This document shows, in pieces, positions 43,279-59,156 of a stretch of DNA of 64,000 bases. The stretch's first letter is position 1, and each line of letters begins with the position of its first letter. The translations under genes and the position numbers were made by a program. Source of the stretch: Octopus vulgaris (taxonomy: Eukaryota); assembly GCA_951406725.2 (NCBI GenBank), contig OX597823.1:2480001-2544000 (forward strand), in the 5' to 3' direction. The notes below the pieces were generated by a model, which was not told where the DNA came from, did no database searches, and was given only the letters and a program-made list of their open reading frames with translations.

Positions 43279-44519
43279 ACAGTTAGAATATGGTTAGCAT
43301 TGTATACATCCTAATACAAAGAAAATCAATTGTAATATCCAAAATAAATAATTTTTATCTTTTCGTCAAAGCTGAAGTTAAGCCATAATAATTATGCTCT
43401 ATGTTATATTAATATTAAAAATGTTCAACATAATGTATTTATATATGTATATGGCGTATGGTATATCTATTTTATTTCATCGAATTGACCATGAAGGTCG
43501 TACATAGATAAATGTAGCTGCGGGCTGGACAGAAACATTAATGTGTATGAAAACGACAAAGATGGAAAAAAATAATAATAATGGGAGAGGTACTGGCGCC
43601 CGCCGACCGATAACCCCTCGAAATCATTGTTCAATTTAAATCAATATAAATCAAAATTGTAATAAAAAAATTCAAAAATTAAAATTAAAAATTACAAAAA
43701 TATATTTTTCATTATTCTTCGTCTTCCTCATCCGGGCCCCCAAGTAAGTTTTCTGCCGCCTGCAGGAAAGCTTGCATCGGCAGGCCCGGACCGAGGGAAA
43801 CAAAATCTTCTTTGTTACAGGTCTTCCTGGCCTCAATGAGTTCTTTCTGATTTATGACCTCTGCAGCCACCTGCGGAGGCCAACTTGGATAGTCTATACA
43901 GGTCGAGTCATATCGCTTTCGGTCTAGTAGACTGTCCAAGTATAACTCCACAGGCCCACCCTCGAGACAGAGAATGACAACCTCTTCCTCACAGAGAGAG
44001 GTCTCATCCTGCTCTGTCAGTGGCACAGTTCCCACTGACAGAGCCTCTCGATCCGGTGGCACACTTCCCACCGGAGGAACATCGGGTTCGTTCGACGGCA
44101 CAGCGACATCCACTGACCGTCTCCCGCTTTTCTTCTTCCTCTTTTTTCTTCTTCTTTCGGTGCGGGAGTCGGGGCCTCCGTCGGCACATCCGAAGGGTCC
44201 TCCTCTTCTCCCGCAACATGCACGTCTCCTGGTGAGCAACCACCGTTGCTCACCTTTCTCTTTCTTCTCGTTGAGGTCGACACCTCAACGACTTCCTCCG
44301 TTTCTCCCTGCAATGGAAGAGCGGAGGACTGTAAGGGGTTCGTTGGGTGGGTATTATATGTATCGGTGTGGGTAGAATGCCTTGTTTATTATTAGTGTGA
44401 GAGAGGGGAGCATTGAGGAGGGGATAATTCCTAGTGTATGGGAGGTTCTTGATGGTTCTTGTCGGTGGGGGAGGGGTGTTAGAATGATTAAAGATCCAGG
44501 TTTTGGGGTGGGTCTTGTT

Positions 44520-46600
<2,081 letters not shown>

Positions 46601-46689
46601 CTGAGGGAATATTATTCCTAACTTAGAGGAAAAATTCAATTTAGAAATACTAAATCAAATTTCACAAAATATAATATATATATATATAT

Positions 46690-46993
46690 AAAAATTAAGA
46701 TAAAAACACCTTTTATCGATTCAAAATGAACAATTAAATTACAACATCTAGAAAATTACATATAATAGAAATATTAAAATTAAAATAACAATAATATACT
46801 GAATATTAAGTAAATTGCAAAAAAATAATAATGATAACGTATATATTAGGTAGAATAACGACACGGGTTTCGTGGCTATATTTAAGAAATGATTATAGAA
46901 GTAGTAAAATCACATCGATATAAATATAGCTACTCATCAGGTTAAAAATAAACTAGAATAATAAAATAATCAATTAATAAATATGCTTTAAAA

Positions 46994-47075
<82 letters not shown>

Positions 47076-48230
47076 ACACTAAATATACATTAAAATTAAT
47101 TAATATACACAATGTTTGTACAAACCATTAATATTGCAATCAAAATAAGAAATGGCTCAAATATAGACAAACTCATAATATAAGCTAACTATATAACCAA
47201 GAAATAATTTTCTTCATTTTGTTTAAAATATTAATATAACATATAATAGAATAGTAAAATATACTCTATACTATTAAATAATATCTACAATAAATAAATA
47301 AACCACATAAGATTGAATAAGTTTTAATATATACTAAAGATAAGTTAAATGTAATATATAGGTACATAGAATTATTATAGCATTAGATTTAAATGACTAT
47401 TTACTATAAATTTAAAGTCTAAATAATAAGTAATTAAATCAAATATATATTATTATGTTGGAATTGATTTATATTATTATAATAAATATTTAAAAATAAT
47501 ATAATTATTTATTTATTAGCTAAATCTATTGTAAAGTTACTTTAATTATTATTTACATTTAATTTTACGTTCGTCCAAAATTTACCAACGCATAATTGTT
47601 GTTAAATAATATTTCCTTAATTTCGTTATTACAACGAGAACAATTATTACTCCCTATAGTATATGATTTAGCCCAACAAATAATATCCCAATTTAATTTA
47701 TATTTAATAGATCTTGATTTAAGGTCCCAAATATATTTACTGAAACTTGTTGAATTTATAAGATTTTTATTCCTAAAAGAATACATATATTGAGAAATTC
47801 TAGATATCATTTTATTCGAAGTGGACCCTATATAAATAGTATTTAAATAGCGATTATTCAAATTCTTATCATCTATTATAGTTACCATTCACCTATAGAC
47901 TACATTATCTAATTTACAATAATTGTTAAAATTACATATGGACTTATCCCTACACGTACAATAAATTAAATCTTTATTATTAATATTGGAATCAATATTT
48001 AATCTATATCTATAGAATTTTTTAATTTAAAAATATTACATGAAGAAATAATATTGCCAATATTATTAGTAGTTGAATAACCAACATCAAAAGTATCTTT
48101 AGAAAAAATATTATAATATTTTTTATTATCCCTAATAAATACTTCAATCATATTTACAATCTCTTTAATGAGATTTTTTAAACCTCAGCGCCAAAAGGAA
48201 TGATTAACCAAATTTTATTTTTATTTAAAT
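46690..48230 (-). mobile_element. AT-rich Penelope-like 3' fragment (GIY-YIG) of a different PLE family
   Basis: IYIGSTSNKMISRISQYMYSF..STSFSKYIWDLK..WDII..CSRC, preceded by C.C...P.C.....CKLDNV; hammerhead in the 3' region. Confidence 0.8.
46856..46944 (-). ncRNA. Type I hammerhead ribozyme with long stem II, canonical core
   Basis: taac-CTGATGA-gtagctatattta..taaatatagccac-GAAA-cccgtg-TC-gtta. Confidence 0.8.
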
Positions 48231-48231
48231 C

Positions 48232-48296
<65 letters not shown>

Positions 48297-48749
48297 AATT
48301 ATTATTATTAATATAATTATTATTATTTTTATTTTTATTTTTATTATTATTATTATCATTATTATTATTATTGTTATTATAATTATTATCATTATCATTA
48401 TAATTATTATAACTATCATTATTATAACTATAAATATTTGTGATAGTATTAAATTTATTATCTTCATTAATTGAATTAAATTTTATTTTATTTTAATTTT
48501 TATTACTATTCTTTTATTTTTTATTTTAATACTAAATTTAGGCTTTACATCATCAAAATTCCTACTATTATTAAGACGATAAATAACTAAATAAAATTTA
48601 ACATAATTCAGATAATTAGGTTTATCATTATAAAAATCATTAAAACTATAATCTTTTAAGTTATAATTATGTTTACAAACGTTAAATATAAATATATATA
48701 TATATATCTGGGGAGGGGGTGCCTGTCTATCTGTCTCTGTTTATCTCCA

Positions 48750-48961
48750 CCTCTCATCGATAGATAACTGAAGCTGATGTGCTTACATGCCTGTCACGTT
48801 GCGGTTCGCCAAAAGAATCTGTTGGAATAAGAACTATGCTTACCAAGAATAAGACTTGGCGTCGATTTGTTCGCCTATGTGCGGTGCCTCAGCATGGCCG
48901 TAGTCAAGTTACTGAGAAAAGTAAAAGAATAAAAGAATATATTCACACACACACACGCACA

Positions 48962-49016
<55 letters not shown>

Positions 49017-49021
49017 ACACT

Positions 49022-49092
<71 letters not shown>

Positions 49093-49304
49093 TTGTATTT
49101 CTGTCTGTGTGTTTGTCCCCTACCATCACTTCAGAACCGGTGTTGGTGTTTCTACTTCTCCGTAACTTAGCGGTTCGGCTAAACAGATAGAGAGAATAAG
49201 AACTAGGCCTACGGAGAATAAGTTATGGGGTCTATATGTTCGTCTAAAAGCAGTGCTCCTGCAAGGCCGCAGTCCGTAATTGTAATAACTGAAACACATA
49301 AAAG

Positions 49305-49308
<4 letters not shown>
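48750..49308 (+). mobile_element. Two diverged direct copies of a SINE 3' half with a CR1-like tail
   Basis: Blocks gcggttcg..gaataagaacta..gaataag..ggtgc.tc.agcatggccg.agtc repeated at about 48750-48940 and 49110-49308. Confidence 0.65.
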
Positions 49309-49359
<51 letters not shown>

Positions 49360-50279
49360 TTACAATGGCGTCATTGTTACTGAAATCTTTATATTGATAA
49401 ACAGGTAAGGAATGTGTGCATACACCCACCCACACACAATGGCTTCGTTGTTACGGAGATCTTTATATTGATAAATCTAATGATCTCGTTGCATTTGCAA
49501 ACAGTATAGCTTTCACTAATCAGGAAGGCTAAACTCTGGAGCTTGACGTTCTGATTGGACCAAGTGGTGTCCTGGTTGTGCATCAAGCATCAGGTTTAAA
49601 TTTTATTCATGCTTTATTATTTTTGTTTGTTTGTTACTTTGGTCTACGTGTTTTTCAAATCTGGGCTTCGTTTCCGGCCTAGGGTTATACAATTTCTGCA
49701 TATTTTCTTTATGAAACTCTACTGCTTTTATTCGTTCCTTTTTTGTTTTTGTTTTGTTTTAACTTCACACACACTTAATCGGTTGAATGGAACTCCTCAC
49801 AGCATCTTCCGTTTCACTTTCCGTACCAACTTTCATTCCTGCATTTTATACTATTTCCAGATTAACGTTCTGCTAGAAAACAAAGACGAATTCTCAGAAA
49901 TTCATTGTCTTCAGCTCCCTATCTTCTCAGATTCTCACACATAAACTGCACTGAACTTTATATATTTTTCATTGGCTTTCGTAATTTTATTCACAGTTCT
50001 TATTCACTTGAAACCTCTTATGATTCTACCAATAAATATTTATGAAAACCCCTTTTTCGTAACGGATGGTTGCGGTCAGCTAAATGTCGTAATCTCTCTG
50101 TTTTGTAATCAAATAGAGGAGATTCAATTCAAGGGAGACATGTTTTAGTTTCAAATATTTTTGACTTGCAAATTGTTGCATGGAATCCCTTCTCGATGAC
50201 TCGTACCCTAAGCCTTTCACATAACTAAATCTTTCTTGGTGGAATTTGAATATTTAAACTGAATATAGGACTAGATATT

Positions 50280-51170
50280 CATATGAGACGCTTGATAGCT
50301 TTCCTCTTTGTAGACAGCGTTGTATAATTAACAAGCGCAGTATAACTCGGGCAATACTCCATTCCGTGTGTCCTCCTCTCGTTATAGAAGCGTCGGGTGG
50401 CTGTCATGATACACGGATAGTCTTGGACATTCAAACCATGCTGGTTCTTGTGTTTCACGAGCTCTGACAGAAACAGAATCCTTGCAGTGAGGAAGAAAAG
50501 GAGGCAGAGAGATGAGAATCGGCACAAAGAAGGGAATTAGTAATTTATCGATAATGAAACAGCGAAAGGCATAAGTGGCCTGAGATGAGATTCGGACAAG
50601 AATGTAGAGAAAAGGAAAGACTACACAAGAAATTCTGTTGCATGCCAATCCGATGCCAATGTTTGCTAAAAGTAATGGTGCAATGGAACATAACATATAT
50701 AGCAGGGTCACTAGCATAGCTGGCGTGGGGCGGTAGGTGTGGTCCGCCAGGGTGGCACTTTTAAAGGGGTCTGGATGCGGCAAACGTAGGGGCCACTCCG
50801 AGAGGCACACATTCTAGCTCCGTTAGTGAGCACGGTGTATACATTTCTTTTATATAATAGTAACGGAAGCACTTGAGTGTAGAAAGTATCCCGTGCTCCG
50901 TGTGGCAGAACTGATCCTAATAAAGCGGTAATTACGAAAGGTCTGTATTTCTAGGAACAATGGAGGCAATTCTGAGGAACTGGCTCCGAAAAATCGTTTG
51001 CCGTGTGTTGGGAGAAACTGTTGAAAAGTTTCGACTCACTCGCAAAGGAAAGAATTTATGTGAAAGAAGCACAACTATTTGTATAGACATAAAAATCAAT
51101 AATAATTTATAAGCTAGGCAAAGAATGCCTACAGAAATAAACACACATGGGGAGCGCCCTGTATTGAGCC
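50280..51170 (-). pseudogene. Possible decayed intronless rhodopsin-class GPCR (prostanoid-receptor-like)
   Basis: Ordered hydrophobic segments: SPCVFISVGILC (TM1-like), NTDL (TM2), GLACNRISCVVFPFLY (DRY-like), ILISLPPFL (TM4). Frameshifted and interrupted by a MITE. Confidence 0.4.
50709..50828. mobile_element. hAT-type MITE with 8 bp TSD
   Basis: TIRs cactagcatagct / agctccgttagtg (10/13 match); flanking agcagggt / agcacggt. Confidence 0.7.
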
Positions 51171-51179
51171 TCTTTATGT

Positions 51180-53820
51180 TGAAGCATCTGCAGACGTATG
51201 ACAAGTGGTGAAACATCATTTCACTATGGCAATATGAAATGGAAATATTTATCGACTTCCTACACACACAGTAGTAAGATCATGCTCTCAGGAACGACTC
51301 GTTGCATACAAACACAGGTGGAGTCACCTGCTCTACCTCACCAATGCCTTAGTCAAGGAACAAGTTATACTCAGACCAACGAGGGAAAATAACATTTTGG
51401 ATCTCTGCTTCACAAACAATATAGACATTATTCATGATGTGAAAGTAACGCCGACATTAGTCTCGGATCACAACATAATAGAGCTTTCTATGTTTGGGCC
51501 GAAAGTAGCCAGAGGCATACAGCCAAAAGGAAGCACCCGAAATCTCTCCAATCGGAACTTCCACAAAGTAGACTGGAAACCGATCCAAAAAGAGATCCGC
51601 AGACAGGACTGTCCGAAATGTCTCTCCTCACCAGACATTGGCATGAAACTAGAATATTTCATGTCTGTTATGCAAGCCATATGCCAGAAATATGTTCCAG
51701 AGCACAAGGCCACAACAAATAGGAACAAGATTCCAAAGGAGAGGAAGATTCTCATGAGACGACGGACGAAGGTTTCAAATCGCCTCAACCAACATGCCAA
51801 AAGTAGTGAAAGGTCCCGCCTAAAAACAACACTGATGTAGATTGGAAAAAGCTTGAAACAATTTTATGAGAGGGAGAGAGCAGACAAAGAAGCCTGGTTT
51901 AGTAAAAACATTAAGTCAAATCCAAAGGCCTTCTTTCATTACGCCACAGAGACAGCATCAATGCACCGCAAGATAGGATCCCTCTTCCTAAAGGATGGGA
52001 CCCTCACAGAAAGCCCAACCAGGATCAGTGAGGTACTGAATGACCAATTCAAAATTGTCTTTATCACTCCGTTGGAACACAGACAAGTGAATCAACCGGT
52101 GGACTTTGTTTGCCGCCTCACCTATAACCAGCGAGGCAATTACGATGGAATACATCGACATTAGCGAAGATTTACTAACCATAGATGAAGTGGACGCAAA
52201 CTCAACGGATGGTCCTGATGGTTTACCAGCAATCCTCCTCAAATCGTGTATCCATGCCCTGGCAAAACCCCTCCAGATTTTCTTCCAGAGCTTTCTTGCA
52301 AATGGCAGACTGCCAAGCAAGCTGAAGGAGGTAATAATATGCCCAGTCAACAAAGGAAGCAGAGCAGATGCCAAAAACTATTGGCATATCTCTCTGACTT
52401 CACACATCAGCAAAGTCATGGAACGGATCGTCAGAGGGAAACCAATTGCATACCTTGAAGAAAATAATTTGTTGAGTGATACCCAACATGACTTTCGAAC
52501 AGGTAGGAGCTGCCTGACCCAGCTCTTACAACATTATGACTTGGTGTTGAGGCAGTTACTCAACAACTCAAATGTGGACGTAACATACCTTGATTTCGCA
52601 AAAGCTGTTGATTAGGGTATGATATGCCACAAACTGCGATTTCTCGGCGTAGCAGGAAAACTTGTTGTGTGGTTACATGACTTTCTGAAAGATAGAAGTC
52701 AGGCAGTAGTGGCCAATAGCGCCTCCTCAACGAAAACACAAATAGTGAGTGGTGTTCCACAGGGCACTGTCTTGGCACCGCTGCTTTTCATAGTGGCCCT
52801 CTTAGATATGCCCTCAACTGCCCGGATAGCTACCCTTGCAAGGTACGCAGACGATACGAATGTCTCGTAGAAAATACAGAAGCCCAGCAATGTTGCGCAC
52901 CTGCAGCAGGAGATGACCTCAATTTACAGATGGGCTGAGGATAATAATATGCAGTTAAATGCTGAAAAATTCCAAGCCCTGCGCTACCAGCATCCAAAAC
53001 TGAATATGAAACTTACAGGGTACACTGGTCCACAGGGAATTTTAATCCCAGAGCCTAAGTCAATGAAGGACCTGGGTATCGACATGTGTGATGATACCGC
53101 TTTTCAAGTGCACATTACCAGGATGGTGACAAAGTGCAGACAACTGACTCGATGGATCCTGAGAATATTCAGAACGAGCGAGAAGGAAACCACGATGGTC
53201 CTCTGGAGGACATTCTTCTCCAGCTGCATGGATTCCTGCTTCCAGCTATGGTCACCCAACAGTGTAAAATTAACAGCGGACCTTGAAGCAATCCAGCGAA
53301 GCTTCACAAAGAAGATCGTCTCATTGCAACAGCTCAGCTAATTGGAAAGGCTGCAACAGCTAAGACTCTACTCCCTGAAGCTAAGGCGGGAGAGGTATGC
53401 AGTAATATATACATCTGGAAGATCCTGGAAGGAATTGTGCCAAATTTTGGCATTGGAAGCTACATCAATGCAAAGAACGGGTCGACACTGGACAGTGCCA
53501 AATATCCCAGCAATGCCATCGAGCTTCAGGACCAGTTACTGCAACAACCTGTGTTTCGGGGGCCCACATCTTGTTTAATATTCTCCCAAAGAACCTGAGG
53601 AATCTGCACAAAGTAGATGTAGGCGTTTTTCAATCAAAGCTGGACGACTTCCTGTCGAGAGTCCCAGATGAACGTACCTCAAGGCAAGAGGTGCAAATGA
53701 GGGTAGCTATATCAAACTCCATTCTAAACCAAGTGGCATATATTAAGGAGGATCTCAGTAATCAGTGTAGCAAAATAGTGGTGCTCCAACATGGCCACAG
53801 CAATGAGCTGAAATTATAAA
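51180..53820 (+). mobile_element. Degenerate CR1-like LINE (end of APE domain + RT)
   Basis: LDLCF..SDHN, GPDG, LDFAKAVD, GVPQGTVLAP, YADD, RRERY; many stops and frameshifts. Confidence 0.92.
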
Positions 53821-53865
53821 AATGTATGTACATATTTTATATATATATATATATGTATGTATGAA

Positions 53866-54136
53866 AGCGCATGGCTCAGTGGTTAGAGCGTCGAGCTTAC
53901 GAGCGTGAGGTTGTGAGCTCGAATCCCGGACCGGGCTGCGTGTTGTGTTCTTGAGCAAGGCATTTTATTTCACCTTGCTCCAGTTCACTCAGCTGTAGAA
54001 ATGAGTTGCGACGTCACTGGTGCCAAGCTTTGTCTTTCCCTTGGATAACACTGGTGGCGTGGACTTGTGTCTTGGAGGGTAACATTCTAGGTGCTATCCC
54101 ATGGTCATTCATGACCGAAGGGGGTCTTTACCCCTT
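53866..54136 (+). mobile_element. tRNA-derived SINE
   Basis: A box tggctcagtggttagagc, B box gagctcgaatccc, core tgtgttcttgagcaaggca..cactcagctgtagaaatgag. Confidence 0.82.
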
Positions 54137-54175
54137 TTATATACATATATATTTATATATATATATATGTAAATA

Positions 54176-54233
<58 letters not shown>

Positions 54234-54234
54234 C

Positions 54235-54301
<67 letters not shown>

Positions 54302-54324
54302 TATGTATATATATGTATATACAC

Positions 54325-54365
<41 letters not shown>

Positions 54366-54419
54366 CGTTTAAATATTTGTTGTGCAAGATTTTTTATGTG
54401 AAGTCGTGTGTTGAAACAG

Positions 54420-55605
54420 ATATTGTTATATTTCGGAATGGTCATATTGCCAGTTTAGCCAATAAAAACACACGCACTATATATTTGGTGTTATTTTGCT
54501 TCAGTGATATTTATTTTTTACATTAATCTTAATCTTATTTCGGCCAAAGTTCTTTCGTCACACTCCTGTGACCGCATCAGTGGTCCTTTGTTTTCTTCTC
54601 ACTTACTTGTGTCTCTCCTTACTAACCGTCAGCCATTTTGTATTTCTATTGTATGTCTTCATTTGCGCATGCTTATATCTCTATGTGCGTCTATGTTTAT
54701 TTAGTGTGTGTGGGGGGATGCCTGTAATATTTGTATCTTCTGGTTATATACATTCTTGTAATTTGTATTTTGTTTTTGTTGTTGTTGCTTTTGTTCTAAT
54801 TTTATTCATGTGTTTACATCCACCCATTATTATCATTACATATGCTTGTATGTATGTATAACAACAATACTAGTAATAATAATAATAAATCTAATCGAGA
54901 AAAAAAAAAAAAAAAAAAAGAATATACATATATATATATATATACATACATATACATATACATATATATATATATATATATATACATATATACACACATA
55001 TATACACATATACATATACATATATATACACATATACATATATATAGATATTCATTTCTATTTCTTTAATTACCTGTGTATTTATTATGTTTGCAGGATC
55101 CACTATTGTCATATGTTGTGGTGTGCGCTATTGCTCCATTCTAGTTTTCTATTCAGGCTAGGTTTATTTTCTATTATATGTGTAGCTTCTGTAATTTGTC
55201 TAATTGTTGCATCTGTTCTATGTGTGGACAATATCTTAATCTCTATGTTATTGATTGATCCCCCGTGTTCTTGTTCGGCGTGTTGGTACAGAATCGATGA
55301 GCTTTTACCTTCCTTGAGTTGTCTCCAATGTTCATTCACCCGCTCACCAATGCTTCTTGCAGTTTCCCCTACGTATGTTACTGTCTTGTTACTGCATCGT
55401 CCCTCTATACATCTTATACTATAGACCACATTTCTGGCTTTACAGTTCGTTTGTGGGCTAAATCTACATACAGTGCAATAGTTATCCGTACAGAGAGTTC
55501 TACTAAAAGGATAGGTTCTACCAATTATAGATCTGATAGGGTTGCCTGGCTTTTCAACAACCTTAATTCTTAGTTTAAGTTTATCTAGGGTCCTTCTAAA
55601 GCGGT
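54420..55605 (-). mobile_element. Inverted copy of the 3' ~1.19 kb of the adjacent Penelope-like element
   Basis: Near-identical reverse complement of 57766-58953; same GIY-YIG peptide. Confidence 0.95.
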
Positions 55606-56043
55606 GAAAGAGGATAACAGCAACAACGTCGGGTTATATTTTGCCTGTATATTTTGAGACATACGCGCAAAAGCCAAATGTCGAAACCTAGTGTACTATT
55701 TATAAAAGTTCCCCGTCGGTTTGATTCAAATTTAGAAGGCTGGGTTGGCAATTTGTAAACTTCAGCGCCATCGTTGTTCGCTTCCGAATGGCGACAAATC
55801 AGAAATCATCCAATAAATAAATACAAGAACTGCTTCAAATTTCGAACAAATAAATTCATATTTCAGACAGGTACAGCTCTTATAGCTCTTTTACGTCTGT
55901 TTCGTTCTCGGTTTGCCAAGTTTCTGTAAATTCGCTACTCCTCAGTGCCGTGATTTTTCAGTGATGTGTGTAATCATTTATTTATTATCAATGGCTTCTA
56001 TGACTCGGTCCCCCATGGTTTTTAACAACTTTTAATTTTATTT

Positions 56044-56227
56044 TCATTCGCCGCTGGCAGGGGCTCCAGCAGATGACTTCTCATCGTTTCTTTCTTTTCT
56101 CTCTATCGCAAATATGTATACTTCGTCGATGAGCACACAAATGGAGGACAAGAAAATTATAGCGGTTATGAAGAATATGGCTTGTGAGAAACACGTTACA
56201 AAAGAGCAGCATTTGCAAGTCTCACCT
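56044..56227 (-). CDS. Possible terminal exon encoding one TM helix and a short tail
   Basis: Acceptor catcttcag; open frame GETCKCCSFVTCFSQAIFFITAIIFLSSICVLIDEVYIFAIERKE..SGE*; AATAAA on the minus strand at 55986-55981. Confidence 0.35.
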
Positions 56228-56439
56228 CTGAAGATGTTTAAAACTCGATTCATCATTATTTCGTATAACTTGTCTTGTAGTTATTAATAATAATAATAAT
56301 AGTTTAATATTATTACTGTTACGATTATTCTTGCAGGCGATCCCTTGCTTTTTTTTTGTCTTTCTCTCTTTCTCTTTAAATTGAGTTCCTGCTTTTTTTT
56401 TCCCCTTTTTGGTACACACTGCTTTGAGGTCCACCCTCT

Positions 56440-58953
56440 TGGATCTTTCGAATATCGCTAGCAATTACAGAATCTCCTACTTCCTCTCAATGATCATACG
56501 CCCTATAATCAGGATGTCACCTGATGTATGTGACAGCACAGAAGATCTCCTAAGCAGGATCAGTGACTGTAACAAAACTTGTGACTTGACAGGATGTATA
56601 GTAGGTAGCATGGATGTGGTATCCCTATACCCATCGATTGACGTAGATTTTGCAGTGGAGAAGTGCGTGGAGATGATCAACGAGAGCCAGGTAGAGTTCT
56701 GTAATGTCGACACAGAAGAACTGGGCCTCCTACTTAGACTGACATATAATAGTGAATACTTAGATAAACATAATCTTAGTAGTTTCTGCCCCAGTAGATG
56801 TTTAAGAGGTAGACCGCCTACAATTACTTCTATGGCTAGGAAGACACATATAGAAAGATGGCGCGGATGGACCAGAGCCATACGGAGCCCCGCAAATGTC
56901 CATCAGGTAAAGAAAATGATCGCACATGCACTAGGAGCTAGTATAAGAGTTACCCTAAAAGGCCACACATTTAAATTTAATAATAAAATATATGCCCAGG
57001 ACGAGGGGGCAGCCATCGGTGTTAGTATCGCTGGTGATGTGGCCAACCTCTTCATGGTATGGTGGGACAGAAGGCTTAAAGAATGCCTACTGCAGAAATC
57101 CATACTCGTAAACATGTACTCTCGCTATGTTGATGATATCAATATAGTAGTAAAGGCACCCCCACAAGAAAGTACTGTTGATATAGTAATAGAAACTAAT
57201 ACTATGGAGAGCATCCAGCAAATAGCTAACTCCATCCACCAGAGTATTAAGGTCACAATAGACTACCCCACTAAACACCCCAACCATAGACTACCAGTAC
57301 TAGACACTGAACTCTGGCTAGAAATTGTGAAAAATAAAACCCAAATCCTTCATTCATACTATGCAAAACCTATGGCCTCAAAATACCTGATCCACCGGAA
57401 CTCAGCCATTGCGGGCAATGCCAAATTCAATATTTTGATGGCAGACCTCGTCAGAATAATGAGAAATGTGTCACGCATGTGCGAGCCTACAGAATTAAAG
57501 AGACACATACAGTATTTCATTCACCGCATGCAGTTCTCAGGTTACAGCCATAAAGAAAGGATCAGAGTATACAAAGGAGCCATGAAGAAATTTGATAATA
57601 TATTATGTAATGATAGGAATGGGATTTGCCCACTCTATAGGAACAAGTCATGGAACACTATAGAAAGGACAAAAAAGAAAATAAGGAAGGCCAACTCTTG
57701 GTATGATAGCCATAAATACCAGAGTGTCATGTTCGTTGACACCACCCCTGGAGGTGAACTAGCGTACCGCTTTAGAAGGACCCTAGATAAACTTAAACTA
57801 AGAATTAAGGTTGTTGAAAAGCCAGGCAACCCTATCAGATCTATAATTGGTAGAACCTATCCTTTTAGTAGAACTCTCTGTACGGATAACTATTGCACTG
57901 TATGTAGATTTAGCCCACAAACGAACTGTAAAGCCAGAAATGTGGTCTATAGTATAAGATGTATAGAGGGACGATGCAGTAACAAGACAGTAACATACGT
58001 AGGGGAAACTGCAAGAAGCATTGGTGAGCGGGTGAATGAACATTGGAGACAACTCAAGGAAGGTAAAAGCTCATCGATTCTGTACCAACACGCCGAACAA
58101 GAACACGGGGGATCAATCAATAACATAGAGATTAAGATATTGTCCACACATAGAACAGATGCAACAATTAGACAAATTACAGAAGCTACACATATAATAG
58201 AAAATAAACCTAGCCTGAATAGAAAACTAGAATGGAGCAATAGCGCACACCACAACATATGACAATAGTGGATCCTGCAAACATAATAAATACACAGGTA
58301 ATTAAAGAAATAGAAATGAATATCTATATATATGTATATGTGTATATATATGTATATGTATATGTGTATATATGTGTGTATATATGTATATATATATATA
58401 TATATATGTATATGTATATGTATGTATATATATATATATATGTATATGTATATTTTTTTTTTTTTTTTTTTTCTCGATTAGATTTATTATTATTATTACT
58501 AGTATTGTTGTTATACATACATACAAGCATATGTAATGATAATAATGGGTGGATGTAAACACATGAATAAAATTAGAACAAAAGCAACAACAACAAAAAC
58601 AAAATACAAATTACAAGAATGTATATAACCAGAAGATACAAATATTACAGGCATCCCCCCCACACACACTAAATAAACATAGACGCACATAGAGATATAA
58701 GCATGCGCAAATGAAGACATACAATAGAAATACAAAATGGCTGACGGTTAGTAAGGAGAGACACAAGTAAGTGAGAAGAAAACAAAGGACCACTGATGCG
58801 GTCACAGGAGTGTGACGAAAGAACTTTGGCCGAAATAAGATTAAGATTAATGTAAAAAATAAATATCACTGAAGCAAAATAACACCAAATATATAGTGCG
58901 TGTGTTTTTATTGGCTAAACTGGCAATATGACCATTCCGAAATATAACAATAT
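56440..58953 (+). mobile_element. Young 5'-truncated Penelope-like element with open RT + GIY-YIG ORF (to 58262) and pLTR
   Basis: [52 protein letters not shown], with no stops over about 600 codons. Confidence 0.95.
58790..58829 (+). ncRNA. Minimal hammerhead motif with A9->C change (mirror copy at 54544-54583, minus strand)
   Basis: cca-CTGATGC-ggtcacaggagtgtgac-GAAA-gaac-TT-tgg. Confidence 0.6.
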
Positions 58954-59156
58954 ATATATATATATATACACATAAGGTTAATCCAAACGAGAAAACAGAA
59001 AAAGACAACAACACAAAGAGGTGGAACAATTAAAGTTATATATATATATATGTACATACATATATACTTTGATACTTTGATACTTTGTTAGGTTTCGGCC
59101 ATTATTGGCCCAGGCCATGTCTAACTTAATAGCACCACCTGGTGAAGTCTTTCAAG

